From contig AP026149.1 in NCBI GenBank assembly GCA_030295235.1, forward strand, positions 744,001-808,000: 64,000 nucleotides of DNA. The letters are read 5' to 3'. A model generated the notes under the pieces. It was not told where the DNA came from. It ran no database searches and was given only the letters and a program-made list of their open reading frames with translations. The position numbers and the translations under genes are program-made. The first letter of the stretch is position 1; every line of letters begins with the position of its first letter. This DNA is from Fistulifera solaris. Its lineage: Eukaryota. Of this stretch, positions 60,029 to 64,000 are shown piece after piece.

Positions 60029-61012
60029 TGAGTTTTCAGTCTCAAAGGATGATTTAGATGAACTAGCAAACGGTCTGGAGAAAGCAGACGTTCCGCAACC
60101 AGCCTTTCACTGTATACTCTATGGATTGAACCGACAGTCTTCGTATTCTTTCCATTGAGGATTGGCATATTCGATAAAGTACGAATGAATTCACGATCGG
60201 ATAAGCGAAGAATCGGTGCAAACTAACGACGCAATTGTTTTCTCGAGTAAGTCGAAGCTCCAATGACTCGCCCAGCTGACGCAATGAATCACAACAAGCA
60301 GAAAAGATTGACTCTCCGAAATGAAGCAAAGAAAAAAGTTAATGATGATGATTAGTCTTCAGTCAAAACATCGCGTTTTTCCGCAGCAAGACGCGAGCGA
60401 TGAGGATGAGGCGAGCAACGAAACAACGACGGATGACAAGCAGACCAATGGTTGTCTCTGCCGCCCGTAATCCTTATTGTAGAAAGTACTTCGTGGAAAT
60501 ATCGACTGCACTATAATATGTCGAACGCACGACGCTTCGAATGTTTACGAACTCTCACCTAGCTCTGGTAGGGAATTAGAAAACAAAACGTTGATGGAAC
60601 TAGTCACGCAACGCTTCAAATGTCTACCTACGTTTACGTAGCTTTCCTACGGAAATTTATCGACCTAGGGATACCCGGATATCGTGTAATTTTGGTCCCA
60701 CTATTATTCGGGTCTTTTGGACGCCGATGTCAACATTACTTTGCCCGGTATCAAACAATAATTGACTTTGAATTGAGAGCAATGGAGAGTTTCTAATTCA
60801 TAAAAAAGTAGTTGCAATGAAGTAATGAATACGTTTTTGCTAATATCTCTTGCTCCGTCCGCACCGGTCCGGACATTTCACAGTAGGGACTTATGAAGGA
60901 AAGAAAGGATACTGCGTAGTCTAATTAAGGTATATTTGCCAAGCGACATTAGTGAGGAACACATTCCAGCGCTTCGTAGGCCAGACTGTGTTGAAAATAT
61001 TATCGTATATCG

Positions 61013-62983
61013 CTAAAATTTCGCGGACTCGTCAATGCCACAATCGGCGTCCAGCACCAAAGGGGTGTGCAGGAACAACTTGAGCGCCCTTACTCCCTTC
61101 CATGTAATATCCGTGTTTCGAAGACACAACCATTTCAAACTTGAATGTCCCATAATCGCCTTGGCAATGTCCAGAGCAGCCACATCCGTAATACGATTAC
61201 CATCAAGGCGAAGGTCTTCCAGCTTTGAAATACAGTAAAGATGAGATAGTCCTGCATCATTTATCCGGTTGTTTGCGACGTTCAGCGAAATCAAACTAGG
61301 GTGATTCGTTTTATCTCCAAATACGCTTTTGCATATCTCTTGAAAGCCGAGGTCGCCAATGGAATTCCCTTCCAGATCGAGTCGTAACAAAGAGGCATTG
61401 TCGGCCAGCGCCCGCGCAATCTGCGATGACCCGTCCCCGAGATCACATCGTTTCAAAGAAAGGCAGCGAAGTGTTGTATTCTTTATCAGAGCTTTGGCCA
61501 ATGCAACAGCTCCGTTAAATCCAAGTGGCGTATCTTTAATGTAAAGTCGCTGCAGATTTACTTGATTTGCCGCAACGACACACTCGGAAAGCCTCCCGAC
61601 ACTGCGGCGCGAAACCATTGATCCTCCAAATGATGCGCTCGTTACACACGGTTTGAACTTCGCCAGACTGACCATGATAGCCAGCAGCTCTTCGTCGCCA
61701 TGCTTTTTCTTCGTCAAATCGAAGCAGATCATTTTCTTTTCCTTAATATCCCGCAATATCTTTCCTAACCAACCTTTTTTATTTTCTCGAAAAGCAAACG
61801 CAGCATGGAGTTGATTTTCAGCTTCATCCGTCAAGACATTCTGCTCGAAATAGAGCGTCTTCAATTTGATCGGGTGGCGGCACACGACATGAATGAATGG
61901 TGATGGATCTCTCATTTGATTTCCAACCAAGTTCAACTCCTCGAGAGCCATGTCGGCCTTGAGAGACTCGGCTAAAACCTTAATTCCGCTATCACAAATG
62001 AAGTTACACTTCAGATTCAAATGAGTTAGCGCTGAGTTTTGCATCAGCATTTCTGCCAAGAACCCAGCGCCCGCGTCTTTAATACCATTCCACGATACAT
62101 CCAAACATTTCAAGCACGTGTCGTCGTTTTCAATGATTCCCTGAGCGACCAACCGCACACCATTATCGCCAATACTATTCCGAGATAAGTTCAATTCTCG
62201 CAGGGTGTGATTGAATTTTAAGACAACGCCAAACGCTTCGGCCCCTTCGGTCTCGATGTTATTATCCATCATGTTCAACATTTTCAACGCCTTGTTGTGT
62301 CCTTTAATAAATGCGTCCGCTAGATGGTAAGCTCCGCTATAGCCAATTTTGTTGTTGCTTAGATCAAGCTCTTCCAGTAAGCATTCGGGTGAAGCTAGCA
62401 CTTCACCAATGATATGCGCTCCCCTGTCTCCCAGCTTATTTTGCGATAAATCTAGACGCACGAGACGGCCGAGATAGAGCCCCATACTCTTTATAGATCT
62501 TCCAAAACTGTTATGCGAAAGGAAAAGTTCACGTAAAGAGTGTTCTGATCTCAAAAGCGAGGCAACGACCGATGCACCTTTAGCTCCTAGCTTATTGTTG
62601 GATAAATGGATCGACTCCAAACGACATGTCGGCAACAGCAAGGCGTGGTCGAGCAAGTATGAGAGCCCTTCCGGCTTGATTTCATTATCTGATAAATCGA
62701 TTTCACAAAGAAGTTCAGTTTGTTGAATAATGCGAGCCAGCGAAGGAACCGATTCTGTTGTCAGGCCATTCTTGGGTAGCCTGAGAGACCTTAGTTTGAC
62801 TTTTTCATGATTTTCGAAGAGAATAGTATGTAACCTCGCAATATCTTTATTTTGAAAAACGTGCGAGCAATGAATCTTCTCAATATGCGCAATGTTGTTT
62901 TCGAGATACTGAAGGATTTCGTCGCTATTAATAAATGATTCGTCAGAAGGTATCTTGTCGAATTTTGCGACGGCTGTATTCAT
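61013..62983 (-). CDS. Ribonuclease-inhibitor-like (NLRC3-type) leucine-rich repeat protein
   Basis: Many ~28-aa repeats of the form LxxLxLsxNxIgdxGaxxla. Confidence 0.88.
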   Translation of the reverse strand: MNTAVAKFDKIPSDESFINSDEILQYLENNIAHIEKIHCSHVFQNKDIARLHTILFENHEKVKLRSLRLPKNGLTTESVPSLARIIQQTELLCEIDLSDNEIKPEGLSYLLDHALLLPTCRLESIHLSNNKLGAKGASVVASLLRSEHSLRELFLSHNSFGRSIKSMGLYLGRLVRLDLSQNKLGDRGAHIIGEVLASPECLLEELDLSNNKIGYSGAYHLADAFIKGHNKALKMLNMMDNNIETEGAEAFGVVLKFNHTLRELNLSRNSIGDNGVRLVAQGIIENDDTCLKCLDVSWNGIKDAGAGFLAEMLMQNSALTHLNLKCNFICDSGIKVLAESLKADMALEELNLVGNQMRDPSPFIHVVCRHPIKLKTLYFEQNVLTDEAENQLHAAFAFRENKKGWLGKILRDIKEKKMICFDLTKKKHGDEELLAIMVSLAKFKPCVTSASFGGSMVSRRSVGRLSECVVAANQVNLQRLYIKDTPLGFNGAVALAKALIKNTTLRCLSLKRCDLGDGSSQIARALADNASLLRLDLEGNSIGDLGFQEICKSVFGDKTNHPSLISLNVANNRINDAGLSHLYCISKLEDLRLDGNRITDVAALDIAKAIMGHSSLKWLCLRNTDITWKGVRALKLFLHTPLVLDADCGIDESAKF

Positions 62984-63409
62984 CGCTTTTGTAGCAAATT
63001 AAATCATCACATACTCCGTGCTGCTTTGGCAATTGCACCTAGTAAGCAGCAAAACGAGCGCACTGACTGTGTTTGTAACCTGAAAAATATCACTTTCGAC
63101 GAGAATGAAGACACTCCGTAATCCGTAATGAATATATAATTGGTTTGGTTGCTTGATTGTTGCTGTTCAACGCGAGCGCGAGGCTCGTTGTTTGTGGTTG
63201 AGCGGACGGCGTTCCAGAAAAAATCGTAAACGAATCTTAGCGGTACTTGTCTCCTTGTGACATGTGACATGCAATCCGCGCCTTTTTCTCCGCAACAAAT
63301 ACTCCGGAGTAAATAAACGACCCGTAACCCTTGGTTTTCTAATTTTCCCCGCATTCGCATTCAGCACATTCATTATTCTTTTTGATCAAAGAATCATTCA
63401 TTTCATTAT

Positions 63410-64000
63410 TTGTTGCTTCGCATAACCATAAAATCTTATGTCGTGCTCTTCTTGGCTGCGCTTGCTATCCTTCGTCTGTTATTGTTGCTTTTTTTTGGCT
63501 GCAAAGTCCATCGACGGCGTCCCTTGCCTTCATCTCTTCACATAACAATATTCATCGTAAGCGATCAGCTTCTCCGTTACGACAAGAGCCACATCAACAA
63601 GAAGAAAATATTCAAGTATCAGATGCACCAAAGGAATGTCCTTATTCGATGCGGTTCTCACCGCAACGGATTAATTTGACGCGACCCAAACAATTGCCTC
63701 GCAAAAGATCCTCGGATTGACCTCCTTCTTTCCGGGACGTCGGAGTCGTTTCGAGCAAACTATTTCCTGTGAGCGATTAGAATGGTGCAAAGAAACAGAT
63801 GGTCTTGCTCTTCTTGCTAGACTTTTTCATACAGCAGCCACCGCAACTGAAAACAATCTTGTCATGGCGTTTCCGGATGCGTCGGCTTATTCATTGCTCC
63901 AAAATGCTGTTGAGATTCTTGGCCCATACGCTACACAATGGGATCTACAAATGATATGGGAGCCTCTGCCGCATATCAAATTCAATAAAACAGTCAACTC
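63410..64000 (+). CDS. Possible 5' part of a type II membrane protein; frameshifted and running off the window
   Basis: Hydrophobic VVLFLAALAILRLLLLLFF, a stem region, then an open frame ...RSRFEQTISCERLEWCKETDGL...WEPLPHIKFNKTVN to the edge. Needs about 2 indels and the start is uncertain. Confidence 0.4.

Overview
Eukaryotic, gene-dense DNA with short (~73-100 nt) GT-AG introns and bipartite plastid-targeting N-termini, most consistent with a pennate diatom (inference). Many genes are broken by single-base indels, mostly in homopolymer runs, which points to uncorrected long-read errors. In order, the window holds: a partial membrane-protein gene, a PLAC8 gene, a membrane-anchored LRR gene, a 3 x ~5.45 kb tandem array (alpha2delta-like VWA/Cache receptor gene plus a TPR-like gene), an AKAP7-like/beta-barrel protein, a thioredoxin-fold gene missed by the ORF track, serine acetyltransferase, a nested-palindrome element, a large BEACH-WD40 gene, trigger factor, three related disordered/repeat-protein genes, a 34-bp minisatellite, IMP1 peptidase, a V-PPase pseudogene fragment, COX10 and an RI-like LRR gene. 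Three highlights: (1) the thioredoxin-fold gene has three in-frame TGA codons (U-G-U-U) at the redox-motif position and a SECIS-like hairpin downstream; (2) the VWA receptor coding sequence is far more diverged than its near-identical non-coding flanks; (3) a local family of disordered proteins shares LRPGMxRGxS repeats and ..FE motifs. All identity figures are visual estimates, not computed.
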